64,000 nucleotides of DNA, taken from Thermodesulfovibrionales bacterium. Its GTDB lineage: Bacteria > Nitrospirota > Thermodesulfovibrionia > Thermodesulfovibrionales > SM23-35. A program made the translations under genes and the position numbers. Under the pieces are notes generated by a model. That model was given only the letters and a program-made list of their open reading frames with translations. It did no database searches and was not told the origin of the DNA. This document shows positions 55,070 through 64,000 of this stretch, piece after piece. Position 1 is the first letter of the stretch, and every line of letters begins with the position of its first letter. The stretch lies in contig CAVSHJ010000034.1 in NCBI GenBank assembly GCA_963727725.1, positions 94,446-158,445 of the forward strand. The letters run 5' to 3'.

Positions 55070-56066
55070 CTATTCATAAAACTCGGGTTTCAGAGAGCGG
55101 TCCATCAAATCCTTTGCAGCAAAGAAAGGGTCTTTGTCTTCATAGAGCACACTATAAACCTGTTCTACGATCGGCATTTCAATATTGTACTTCTTTGACA
55201 GCTGATATGCGGATTCTGCGCTTGCTACTCCTTCTGCAACGCTCTTCGTCCGGGCAAGAATGTCTTTGAGTTTCATGCCCTGACCGAGTTTGGTTCCCAC
55301 GGTGTAATTCCTCGAAAGGGGACTTGTGCATGTGAGCACAAGGTCGCCTATGCCGCTGAGACCTGAAAAGGTCCTTCCTTTTGCTCCCATGGCTATACCG
55401 AGTCTTGTCATCTCGGCAAGACCCCTTGTGATGAGGGATGCCCTTGAATTGTTGCCAAAACCGAGACTGTCGGAGATGCCCGCCGCGATTGCGATAACAT
55501 TTTTCAATGCGCCTCCCAGTCTCGACTCCTGTTATATCATCATGTGTGTAGACCCTGAAACTGTTCGTATTGAATATCTCCTGAAGCACAAATCCAACAT
55601 TCTTCTCTTCCGTCGCCAGAGTAACGGCAGCCGGTAATTTCCTTATCACTTCCTTTGCAAAGCTTGGCCCGGAGAGCACGGCCACGGTATGGTCCGAGAG
55701 TTCGTTCAGTATGGAGGATACCGTCAGCAACGTTCCCCTCTCGATGCCTTTAGCCACACTGACAATTATCGCTTCATCAATGAGATGCGGAACCGCTTCC
55801 CCGAAAACAGCCCTTGTATGTTGTGCAGGCACTGCGTCTATCACATAGCGGGCTTCCTTCAAAGCTTCGGCAACATCATTCGTGATCTGCAGGTCGTCCG
55901 GAAGTCTGATCTCCGGCAGGTAAGTGCTGTTTATCCGGTTCTTGCGCATTTCCTCGACAAGATCTCTGTCATGGCCCCACAACGTTACCTCGTAACCTTT
56001 GTCCGAGAGGAGGTATGCAAGGGCCGTCCCCCAGCTGCCGGCTCCTATGACTGAAATATAGCCCAT
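55070..56066 (-). pseudogene. gpsA: NAD(P)H-dependent glycerol-3-phosphate dehydrogenase; 1 frameshift
   Basis: The N-terminus (VIGAGSWGTALA) is in ORF 55179-56066. The C-terminus (LGGALKNVIAIAAGISDSLGFGNN...) is in ORF 55070-55507. A single-base shift lies near 55520, within GTCGAGaCTGGGAGG on the minus strand. Confidence 0.85.
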
Positions 56067-56076
56067 CTTTAATGAC

Positions 56077-57792
56077 TCATTTTACCTGTTTTTTTTCGAC
56101 CTTTGCCCATGTGTCGCGAAGCGTTACCGTACGGTTAAATACCATTTTGCCGCCGGAGGAATCAGGGTCAACGCAGAAATACCCCTGCCGCTCAAACTGG
56201 TAGAGGCTTCCTGCCGCCGCATTCGCCAGACACGGCTCGGCACGACAGGACTTCACCGTCACCAGCGATTCCGGATTGAGAGAGGATTTGAAATCATGAC
56301 CTTCCTCAACGGCCGCCGGGTCCGCCTTCAGGAAGAGGAGGTTGTACAGGCGCACTTCAGCTTCAATCGCATGCGGCGCCGATACCCAGTGGAGCGTCGC
56401 CTTTACCTTGCGCCCGTCGGGGGCGTCACCGCCGCGCGTCTTCGGATCATAGGTGCAGTGCAGCTCCGTTACCTCACCTGTCCTCTCATCCTTTACCACG
56501 CCGACACATTTTATGAAATATGCATAGCGCAGCCTCACTTCACGTCCCGGCGCCAGACGGAAGAACTGTTTCGGCGGGTCTTCACGAAAGTCTTCCCGTT
56601 CGATATAGAGGATGCGGGAGAAAGGGACTTTGCGGGTTCCCATGCCGGGGTCTTCCGGATTGTTTATCGCATCCATCTCCTCCACCCGGTCTTCGGGATA
56701 ATTATCAATAACCACACGGAGTGGATTCAATACCGCCATAACTCTCGGCGCCCGTTTATTCAGGTCTTCGCGGATGCAGTACTCAAGAAGCGCCATATCC
56801 ACGATACTGTCCCTCTTGGCAACGCCGATACGCTCACAGAAGTTCCGGATCGATTCAGGCGTGTAGCCGCGTCTCCTCAAGCCGGATATCGTGGGCATCC
56901 TCGGATCATCCCATCCATTAACATGCTTGTGCCCGACCAGTTCTATGAGCTTGCGTTTGCTCAGCACCGTATAGCCGAGATTGAGCCGGGCGAACTCGAT
57001 CTGCCTGGGGTGATAAACACCTAATGCATCGAGAAACCAGTCATATAAAGGGCGGTGGTCTTCAAATTCCAGCGTGCATATGGAATGGGTGATCCTTTCC
57101 AGGGAGTCTGAAAGAGAATGGGCAAAATCGTACATCGGATAGATGCACCACCTGTCACCTGTTCTGTGATGTGTCGCGTGGAGTATGCGGTAAATCACGG
57201 GATCACGCATGTTCAGGTTGCCGGATTTCATGTCAATCTTTGCCCGGAGTGTGCGGGAACCGTCTTCAAATTCTCCGGCCCTCATGCGCTCAAAAAGACC
57301 GAGATTTTCCTCCACGGGACGGTTCCGATAAGGGCTATCCCTCCCCGGTTCCGTCAGGGTGCCCCTGTATTCCCGGATCTCCCGGGGACTCAGGTCGCAG
57401 ACGTATGCCTTGCCGTCCCTGATCAGTTGCACGGCATACCCGTAGAGCCGGTCAAAATAATCGGAAGCAAAGAACATCCTGTCGTCCCAGTCGAAACCGA
57501 GCCATCTCACATCTTCTTTGATCGACTCCACATATTCCACTTCTTCCTTCGTGGGGTTGGTGTCGTCGAACCGCAAATTGCAGAGACCTCCGAATTCGAC
57601 GGCTATACCGAAATTAAGGCAGATAGATTTGGCGTGGCCGATATGGAGATAGCCGTTAGGCTCAGGCGGAAAACGGGTATGTACCCGGCCTTCGTACTTT
57701 TTTGCCTTGATATCTTCCGCGATTATGCTGCGTATGAAATCGGCAGGGCGAAAAGAATCCGTCTCAGATATAAGAGAAGTGGTATCTTTCAT
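56077..57792 (-). CDS. glnS: glutaminyl-tRNA synthetase
   Basis: [18 protein letters not shown] (HIGH) and VLSKRKL (KMSKS-like) motifs. 571 aa. Confidence 0.9.
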   Translation of the reverse strand: MKDTTSLISETDSFRPADFIRSIIAEDIKAKKYEGRVHTRFPPEPNGYLHIGHAKSICLNFGIAVEFGGLCNLRFDDTNPTKEEVEYVESIKEDVRWLGFDWDDRMFFASDYFDRLYGYAVQLIRDGKAYVCDLSPREIREYRGTLTEPGRDSPYRNRPVEENLGLFERMRAGEFEDGSRTLRAKIDMKSGNLNMRDPVIYRILHATHHRTGDRWCIYPMYDFAHSLSDSLERITHSICTLEFEDHRPLYDWFLDALGVYHPRQIEFARLNLGYTVLSKRKLIELVGHKHVNGWDDPRMPTISGLRRRGYTPESIRNFCERIGVAKRDSIVDMALLEYCIREDLNKRAPRVMAVLNPLRVVIDNYPEDRVEEMDAINNPEDPGMGTRKVPFSRILYIEREDFREDPPKQFFRLAPGREVRLRYAYFIKCVGVVKDERTGEVTELHCTYDPKTRGGDAPDGRKVKATLHWVSAPHAIEAEVRLYNLLFLKADPAAVEEGHDFKSSLNPESLVTVKSCRAEPCLANAAAGSLYQFERQGYFCVDPDSSGGKMVFNRTVTLRDTWAKVEKKQVK

Positions 57793-59211
57793 CCTTTCCC
57801 CTGTATAAGGGCTATTGCCTTATCCAGCCGTTTCAGCGCTTTTCCCTTGCCGACGATTTCGAGTACCTCGAATATTCCCGGGCTTTCCGTCTTTCCCGTT
57901 ATGGCGACACGGACAGGCTGCGCGACACTGCCGAGTTTTGTATTGAGCCTCTCCGACGAGCGACGTGAAGACCTTTTCGATCCCGGCTGCAGCAAAATTG
58001 TCGACCCCGTTCAGTGCCTCTCTCACTTCCACGAGGTTCGGAAGATATTTTTCATTCAGAAATTTTTCCTTTGCCTTCACGCTGTATTCAACGTCCTCTT
58101 CAATATAATACCTCAATGAACCGGCAAGTTCTAAGAGGGTCTTCGAACGCTCCTTCAGAGTATCTATCGCCTTCGCCAGCCATTCCTTATCGGGAAGTGA
58201 GCCCTCCGAAACGATTTTCTCTCTCAGGAGAAACGGCATAACAAGCTCCGCAAGCTGCGCGGACGATGAATTCATTATATACTGGCTGTTGAGCCATAGA
58301 AGCTTTTCGGGATTAAAGACAGCAGCTGATTTCCCGACATTCTCGAAAGAGAAATGCTCGATCAGCTCATTTATCGTAAAGACTTCCTGGTCTCCGTATG
58401 ACCATCCGAGGCGGACAAGGTAATTCACGAGTGCTTCCGGAAGGTACCCCATGTCTCTGTATGCGATGACCGATGTTGCGCCATGCCTTTTACTAAGCCT
58501 CGCTTTGTCAGAACCCAGGATCATGGGGAGATGTGCAAACAGGGGGATCTGATAGCCGAGTGCGCTGTATATGTGGATCTGCTTCGGGGTGTTGTTCAGA
58601 TGGTCGTCTCCTCTGATGACATGGGTAATATTCATGTCAACATCATCGACGACGACTGTGAAATTATAGGTTGGCGTCCCGTCAGATCGCATAATGATGA
58701 GGTCGTCGAGGAGTTTGTTGTCGAATATTATCTCCCCCTTGATCAAATCGTGCACTACGATTTCACCTTCCAGGGGCATCCTGAAACGGACCACGGGTTT
58801 CCTGCCTGCTACGGGCTCTCTCAGGTCCCTGCAACGTCCGTCATATTTGGGCGACTTCCCCTGCGCCAGCGCCTCCTGTCTCCTCTGTTCGAGTTCTTCA
58901 GGAGAGCAATAACAGTAGTAGGCTTTCCCCTCATCCAAAAGCTTTTCGGTATATCTCCTGTAAACATCAAACCTGTCAGTCTGTCTGTACGGTCCTTCGT
59001 CCCAGTCGAGATTAAGCCACTTCATCCCCTCGATAATCGAAGCGATATAGTCTTCGGTCGAACGTGTCCTGTCGGTATCCTCGATCCTGAGGATGAAAGT
59101 GCCTTTATTATGCCGCGCAAAAAGCCAGTTAAAAAGGGCGGTCCTTGCTCCGCCTATATGCAGATGTCCGGTAGGACTCGGTGCGAACCTTACTCTTACC
59201 TTGTCAGCCAA
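57789..59211 (-). pseudogene. gltX: glutamyl-tRNA synthetase; 1 frameshift near the 3' end
   Basis: [16 protein letters not shown] (HIGH) and RLSKRHG (KMSKS) are in ORF 57820-59211. The conserved C-terminus (...[23 protein letters not shown]...) is in ORF 57789-57995. Shift near 57960. Confidence 0.85.
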
Positions 59212-59250
59212 ATCTAACCTCCGCTAATCCTCCGTAAGTGGATCAATTTT

Positions 59251-59306
59251 CTCCCTTTGCCCCTCTCCAAGGGGATAAATCCTCCCTTTAGAAGTTAGAG
59301 GGATTT
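59251..59306. repeat. G/C-tract palindromic element (related to 8363 and 16909)
   Basis: CTCCCTTTGCCCCTCTCCAAGGGG...AAATCCTCCCTTTAGAAGTTAGAGGGATTT forms imperfect hairpins built from CCCTC/GAGGG tracts. Confidence 0.5.
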
Positions 59307-59357
59307 AATGAACTGTATTGTCATTTTCTGTTGCACCCGTAACAAAGGTTTCCTCGA

Positions 59358-60773
59358 CTAATCCCTGATTTTCTTCACCTCAAATCTTACAACTTTCTCC
59401 GTCTCTTCGCCAACCTTAAACCTCTCGTCTCCCCGGTATCCGACGACCCATATGATATCATTTCCGGATATGATCAGCGGGACCCTGTCCCGCTCATCTC
59501 TCGGCACTTTTTCGTCAACAAAGAAATCCTGAAGTTTCTTCCTTCTGCCGAAACCGGACGGATAGAAAAAATCTCCGTCTTTTCTCGGCCTCACTACCAA
59601 AGGGGAGCTCAGCTTATCGGCGTCAAAGACGCCGGAAACAATCCCGGGGTCCTAGTTTGTCCAGGTGCCTGCAGCTCACGGACCGGCACAAGGGAAGACT
59701 TAATCAGAACCCCTGCCTCTTTGAGGATAATTTCACCGGGGACCGTCAGAGAATAAGTGCCCAATGTGACCGGTGGGTCTGAAGTGAGGATCAATGTCGA
59801 ATATTCCTTTATCACTCTTATTCCCTTCGGCAGGTATATCCTGTCCCCCGGATCCGCCGCTTCTTATGAGGCCTATAATGTCCTCGATGTGGATGAAGCT
59901 TATTCCACGGAGTCCCTTCGTCTCATCTATCGCCCTCCGCAGGACCCTCCTCATTATCGCTTTATCCATGATCTCAAGAGGCGCAAGGAACAGCTCGATG
60001 CGGGAATCGGTCTTCCTGCTTATGAGTTTCATCAGGGCTTTGGTGCCGATGATTTCAAAGTATTTTTCTTCGTCCCTGAATATCGCTGCGGTTTTTGAAA
60101 GGGTCTCTATTATATCCGGGTTATATTCCTTCAGCATCGGGACGAGAGAGAGCCTTATTCTGTTCCGTAAATAGTTCTCCTTAAGGTTCGATGAGTCGAT
60201 AATATATTCTATCTTCTTATCATCAAGGAACTTTTCGATCTCTCCGCGTCGGGCCTCAATCAGCGGCCTTATGATGTTTTTTCTCACCGGTGGAATCCCG
60301 GAAAGTCCAGTCGGACCTGACCCTCTGAAAAGACGCATCAGGAGTGTTTCTGCCTGGTCGTCTGCCGTATGTCCCAGTGCGATTCTGTCGGCCCCGATGT
60401 CATGCGATGTCTCGTCAAATGCCCTGTAACGCAATTGCCTTGCAGCCTCCTGCATGTTCATCTTCTGGTCCAGTGCATAGGACTTGACATTGACAGCTTT
60501 CGTGAGGAAAGGTACATTGAGGCGCTCGCAGAGATTCCTGCAAAACTCAATCTCCTTGCCTGTCTCGAGGGGTCTCAGCCCGTGGTCAACATATACGGCG
60601 CTTATCTCAGGCGTAAACCTCTCCCTGAGAGCGTGAAGGACAGAAAGGAGACAGACGGAATCAGGCCCTCCCGAGAGACCGGCGAGGACCTTTTCTCCGC
60701 CGGAAAGCATAGAGTGTTTTGTTATGGTCGCGACTACTTTATTAACGAGGTCCCGATATAACACCATTCTCAA
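59358..60773 (-). pseudogene. tilS: tRNA(Ile)-lysidine synthase; about 2 frameshifts
   Basis: The PP-loop SGGPDS is in ORF 59733-60773. The middle part is in ORF 59609-59815. The C-terminal domain (VVRPRKDGDFFYP...KKLQDFFVDEKVP...PLI) is in ORF 59358-59600. Shifts near 59790 and 59625. Confidence 0.85.
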
Positions 60774-61075
60774 ATCCAGGGGTCTTTCTTCAGGCGTTTA
60801 AGATATTCTTCCCACTCAATGGGCAGGAGATATTTTTTCTTGTTGTTGCATTCCTTGCATGCGGGCACGACATTCCCTTTTGAAGATTTGCCGCCTCGGA
60901 TGACAGGAACTACGTGCTCCATGGTCAGTTCTTTCGGCGGGATCTTACTGCCGCAAAAATAGCAGAGGCCTTCCGCGCACTTCCTTTTCCACCACTGTGT
61001 TTTTCTCAGGCTCTGCGCCTTCAGCTTTTCTTTTCTTTTCTCTTCTTCGGTGACATATGAAATAAAGGGTTCCAT
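60770..61075 (-). CDS. small HNH endonuclease
   Basis: 101 aa. CYFCG...MEHVVPVIRGGKSSKGNVVPACKECNNKK is an HNH motif with two flanking Cys pairs. Its stop overlaps the tilS start by 4 nt. Confidence 0.8.
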   Translation of the reverse strand: MEPFISYVTEEEKRKEKLKAQSLRKTQWWKRKCAEGLCYFCGSKIPPKELTMEHVVPVIRGGKSSKGNVVPACKECNNKKKYLLPIEWEEYLKRLKKDPWI

Positions 61076-61162
61076 AACTCATTATAACCAAATGCATATT
61101 TTTCAGGTTCTTTAACGAACAGATACGAACAGTATTGAGAGCAAAGATGCTGATGAGAGGAT

Positions 61163-61498
61163 TTAGAAAAGCTTGCCCAGATTGCCTAAACCGGGAAGCT
61201 GTAACCCGCCGGTAAGCTTGGACATCTCACCGTTTACCATCTCCTGGGCGCGCCTTAACGCCTCATTTACTGCGGCCATTATGAGGTCCTGAAGCATTTC
61301 GACATCGTCCGGGTTTACCACGTCCTTCTCAATCTTTATTGAGATGATCTCGCCTGCTCCGCTCGCGACCACCGTAACCATGCCGCCGCCTGCAGTAGCC
61401 TCAACAGTCTTTTTCTTCGCCTCTTCCTGCATCTCTGCCATTTTTGCCTGAAGCTTCTGGGCCTCACGCATTATATCGCCAAGCATACGTTTCGACAT
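61163..61498 (-). CDS. ybaB: nucleoid-associated protein YbaB/EbfC
   Basis: 111 aa. [22 protein letters not shown]...GGGMVTV..G.GEI..I.I pattern. Confidence 0.9.
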   Translation of the reverse strand: MSKRMLGDIMREAQKLQAKMAEMQEEAKKKTVEATAGGGMVTVVASGAGEIISIKIEKDVVNPDDVEMLQDLIMAAVNEALRRAQEMVNGEMSKLTGGLQLPGLGNLGKLF

Positions 61499-61562
61499 TT
61501 CGTCCTCCGTTTATTTCAGTATAATATAAACCCCTTGTCTATGAACAGGTGGGATATAGATC

Positions 61563-63227
61563 CTATTCCTTGTCTTCCGTTATCGGGGCCACATCCACAA
61601 CTCTTCCATCAAAGAGTTCAAGGACCTCCCTGATCGCCGGGTCTGCCATCACCTGTTCTTTCAGTTCCTTTTTACTGGTAGTCTTTTTTTTTACTGTTTC
61701 CACTTCCACAGTGATCTTTTTGCCGAATTCTTCCGAAAAAGTTTTTTCTATTAACCCTATATTCTTTTTTATGGAATCTGTAAAAAGTGAGTCCCCTCCG
61801 TTGAGTGTGAGAACCAGTTTATCTCCAAGGAGTTTAAAATTTGCCTTTGACAGCTTTGAGGCGAGGGGCGAATCCAGCTTCTTCAGGACTCTGTCCCGGA
61901 TTTCGTCCGTCAAGGTGTTCTCTTCCGGAGATGTTTCTCCGGACTGAACGGTTTGTTCAGGCTGTGATGTCATATCCGGTTTCCGGGCCGGCAGGTCCTG
62001 CACAGTTGCTTCATTTCCGCCGGCGGAAGTCTTTTGCCCGGTCTTCCCCTCAGTCCCTCCGGAGACTCTTGAAGGTCTGCCGGCCGGCTCGCTTCTTATA
62101 TATTCTTCCAGATTTTCCATTATATCTTTCAGCGGTTTGATATCCTTCAGAAAGCTTGCTTTCAGGAGGGACATCTCGAAGGCGAGGCGGGGGGACGAGG
62201 CATTCCTTATATCAACCTCTGCTTTAAGCAGTTCCGAGACCAGAAGGGTAAGCTGGTCTCCGGTTGTCTTCGATAAGATATCTTTCATGACACCGAGTTC
62301 TTCCGGACTCAGGTCAAGGATTTCTCCGGGGTCTTTTACGATACTCGCCACAAGCATGTCCCTGAAAAATTGGATGAGCTCCTTGATGAACGTCCTGATA
62401 TCAGTGCCCTTCTCCACGAGTTCGCCTGTGATTCTCAGAATTTCTTCTCTCCTGCCTTCGATCAGTGCGGACGAGAGGTCGGAAAGAAGCCTCGAGTCCG
62501 TAAGGCCGAGGAGGTCTTTCACGTCGGATTCACTGATTTCGGAAGAAAAGGAAGATATTTGATCGAGTATCGTGAGTGAGTCCCTCAGACTCCCGTCTGC
62601 TGCGCGGGCGACCATTTCGATGGCAGGGTCGGAGATGGTAATACCTTCCGCAACCGAGATCTTCTTCAATCTTTCCTTTATCAGGGAATTAGGAATTCTC
62701 CTGAAGGGGAGGTGCTGACAGCGCGAGAGTACGGTAGCAGGGATCTTCTTCGGAGCCGTCGTCGCAAGGACAAAGACCACATGGGGAGGGGGTTCTTCCA
62801 GGGTTTTCAATAAGGCATTGAACGCGGCATCGGACAGCATATGTGTTTCGTCAATAATATAAACCTTGTACCTCCCGCCCGAAGGGACGTACTTGACCCT
62901 TTCCCTGAGGTCCCTCACGTCGTTCACACTGTTGTTCGACGCGCCGTCGATTTCCATGACGTCCACCGACGCGCCGTCGGTTATTGAAGTGCAGAATGCA
63001 CATGATCCGCACGGGGCAGACGTCGGGCCGTCTTTGCAGTTCAGGGCCTTTGCGAGTATCCTTGCAGTTGAAGTCTTGCCGACTCCTCTCGGCCCCGAGA
63101 AAAGATAGGCATGGGCAATCTTCCGCTGCTCGATAGAGTTCTTAAGAACGCGGATTATCGGTTCCTGACCGATAAGGTCATCGAAGTTCTGAGGTCTCCA
63201 TTTCCGTGCCAGTACCAGATAGCCCAT
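61563..63227 (-). CDS. dnaX: DNA polymerase III subunit gamma/tau
   Basis: LARKWRPQ.F..L.GQE, Walker A GPRGVGKTS, Zn module CGSCAFC, IIDETHML and SRC motifs. 554 aa. Confidence 0.9.
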   Translation of the reverse strand: MGYLVLARKWRPQNFDDLIGQEPIIRVLKNSIEQRKIAHAYLFSGPRGVGKTSTARILAKALNCKDGPTSAPCGSCAFCTSITDGASVDVMEIDGASNNSVNDVRDLRERVKYVPSGGRYKVYIIDETHMLSDAAFNALLKTLEEPPPHVVFVLATTAPKKIPATVLSRCQHLPFRRIPNSLIKERLKKISVAEGITISDPAIEMVARAADGSLRDSLTILDQISSFSSEISESDVKDLLGLTDSRLLSDLSSALIEGRREEILRITGELVEKGTDIRTFIKELIQFFRDMLVASIVKDPGEILDLSPEELGVMKDILSKTTGDQLTLLVSELLKAEVDIRNASSPRLAFEMSLLKASFLKDIKPLKDIMENLEEYIRSEPAGRPSRVSGGTEGKTGQKTSAGGNEATVQDLPARKPDMTSQPEQTVQSGETSPEENTLTDEIRDRVLKKLDSPLASKLSKANFKLLGDKLVLTLNGGDSLFTDSIKKNIGLIEKTFSEEFGKKITVEVETVKKKTTSKKELKEQVMADPAIREVLELFDGRVVDVAPITEDKE

Positions 63228-63245
63228 ATGTTCTGTTGTCTCCCT

Positions 63246-63355
63246 CCAGCCTGGGAGCGGCTACCTCCGGCACCCAGGAAAAACGCTTACCGCTGCTTCC
63301 TTCCGGACCTGACGGGATTCACATCCGCCTGCTGCGAAGGGCCGCTCCCAGGCTG
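63246..63355 (-). ncRNA. ffs: signal recognition particle RNA (small 4.5S type)
   Basis: The minus strand contains the conserved GUCAGGUCCGGAAGGAAGCAGC domain IV core. The closing helix is CAGCCUGGGAGCGGC...GCCGCUCCCAGGCUGG. It lies upstream of dnaX, where ffs is commonly found. Confidence 0.85.
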
Positions 63356-63695
63356 CAGAAAGACAAACGAAAAGAAAGTATTAGGGTCCACATTTACTCT
63401 TTACAGCTTGATAACGCATGAGACTCTATGGATATGACTCCGGTAGAAAATCGCTCGCTCATCTTCCGTTCGAGAATTTCTTAATGCAAGTCAGTAAGTC
63501 GCGTTATTAAAAAGATGTCAACATTGTAACATGTAAAAGTGGAAATTTAAAAGTCGGAATGCGACAGGGTAGTGTCCTTGCATCTGGACTATTATAGAGT
63601 TACTTATGATAATTGGGATAGAATACAGTAAATGTGTTCGCTTGAAGTATCGATGGAAGATGCGAGAATATAATTTCTTTTAAATTTTATCGAAT

Positions 63696-64000
63696 ATGTC
63701 ATCAAAGGGTAATAAACGTACCAAGACTAAAGTGAGTGAGAAACAGGAGAGGGGAGTCAGGACAGGTATCCTGCGTTTTGTTGTAACCTACTTTGGTCTC
63801 ATGGGGCTTTTCTTTCTATTGATGGGGTTTCGTCCGCTCCAGAAATATTTTGACGTCAATGATTTGTATTCGAAATTCATCGTTTTTCTGACACATAATA
63901 TCTTAGGGTTGCTGCAAATAAAGAGTTCTTTCGCGGGTACCGTCATAAACCTTCCGGGAATCTCTCTTGATATTCTATTTGGCTGTAACGGTCTCGAGAC
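63696..64000 (+). CDS. exosortase/archaeosortase-family membrane protein (partial, runs off the window)
   Basis: ATG at 63696, open to the window end. It reads MSSKGNKRTKTKV...GILRFVVTYFGLMGLFFLLMG...VINLPGISLDILFGCNGLE. The TM helices and the I.L.G..L.I...C.G motif resemble the conserved Cys region of exosortases. It is not in the ORF track because there is no stop. Confidence 0.45.
   Translation, partial: MSSKGNKRTKTKVSEKQERGVRTGILRFVVTYFGLMGLFFLLMGFRPLQKYFDVNDLYSKFIVFLTHNILGLLQIKSSFAGTVINLPGISLDILFGCNGLE

Noticed and set aside
55070-57995. Overlapping ORF pairs 55070-55507/55179-56066 and 57789-57995/57820-59211 as separate small genes
   Set aside because: Each pair is the two halves of one conserved protein (GpsA, GltX) split by a frameshift. 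They are not independent genes.
1-64000. CRISPR arrays, tRNA/rRNA genes, transposases, integrases
   Set aside because: The recurring hairpin repeats are dispersed rather than regularly spaced with unique spacers. I saw no tRNA-like T-arm/acceptor pattern or rRNA segments. No ORF shows DDE, serine- or tyrosine-recombinase motifs.

Overview
This 64 kb window looks like the chromosome of an anaerobic bacterium. I infer that lifestyle from the 2-oxoacid:ferredoxin oxidoreductase, flavodiiron protein, rubrerythrin/ferritin-like proteins, DsrC-like protein, archaeal-type phosphoglycerate mutase and radical SAM enzymes. I do not assign a taxon.

Layout:
- 0.3-7.3 kb: a redox/nitrosative-stress cluster. 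It holds a ferritin-like gene behind a sigma54 promoter, then a minus-strand operon of radical SAM/SPASM, flavodiiron protein, AhpD-like protein, HAO-like octaheme cytochrome c and iron-sulfur flavoprotein. It ends with a DsrC-like gene and a ferredoxin.
- 7.4-8.7 kb: a radical SAM/SPASM enzyme with an N-terminal extension and a possible 20-aa Cys-rich peptide.
- 8.9-16.9 kb: a truncated REC-PAS-PAS histidine kinase, korAB, adenine deaminase and a Cache-domain protein.
- 17.1-20.6 kb: a visibly GC-rich two-gene insert.
- 21-28.5 kb: tpx, an L,D-transpeptidase, a protease-TPR gene and a MacAB-like ABC efflux set.
- 28.5-34.65 kb: a visibly AT-rich 6.1 kb insert bounded by 33-nt direct repeats. 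Both repeats encode the last 10 codons plus stop of the ABC permease.
- 34.8-63.4 kb: mostly minus-strand housekeeping genes. These are nth, apgM, a NIL protein, moeB-like, hom, an aminotransferase, lipA, mazG, rnr, radA, thiD/C/E/G/S behind a TPP riboswitch, larB, gpsA, glnS, gltX, tilS, an HNH gene, ybaB, dnaX and SRP RNA.

Two families of small palindromic repeats litter the intergenic regions, and one copy sits in frame inside a gene. About 20 frameshifts interrupt 11 otherwise recognisable genes, including essential ones. I suspect indel errors in the assembly rather than real gene decay.

I saw no CRISPR array, tRNA, rRNA, transposase or integrase. All domain calls come from reading the translations for motifs, not from database searches.
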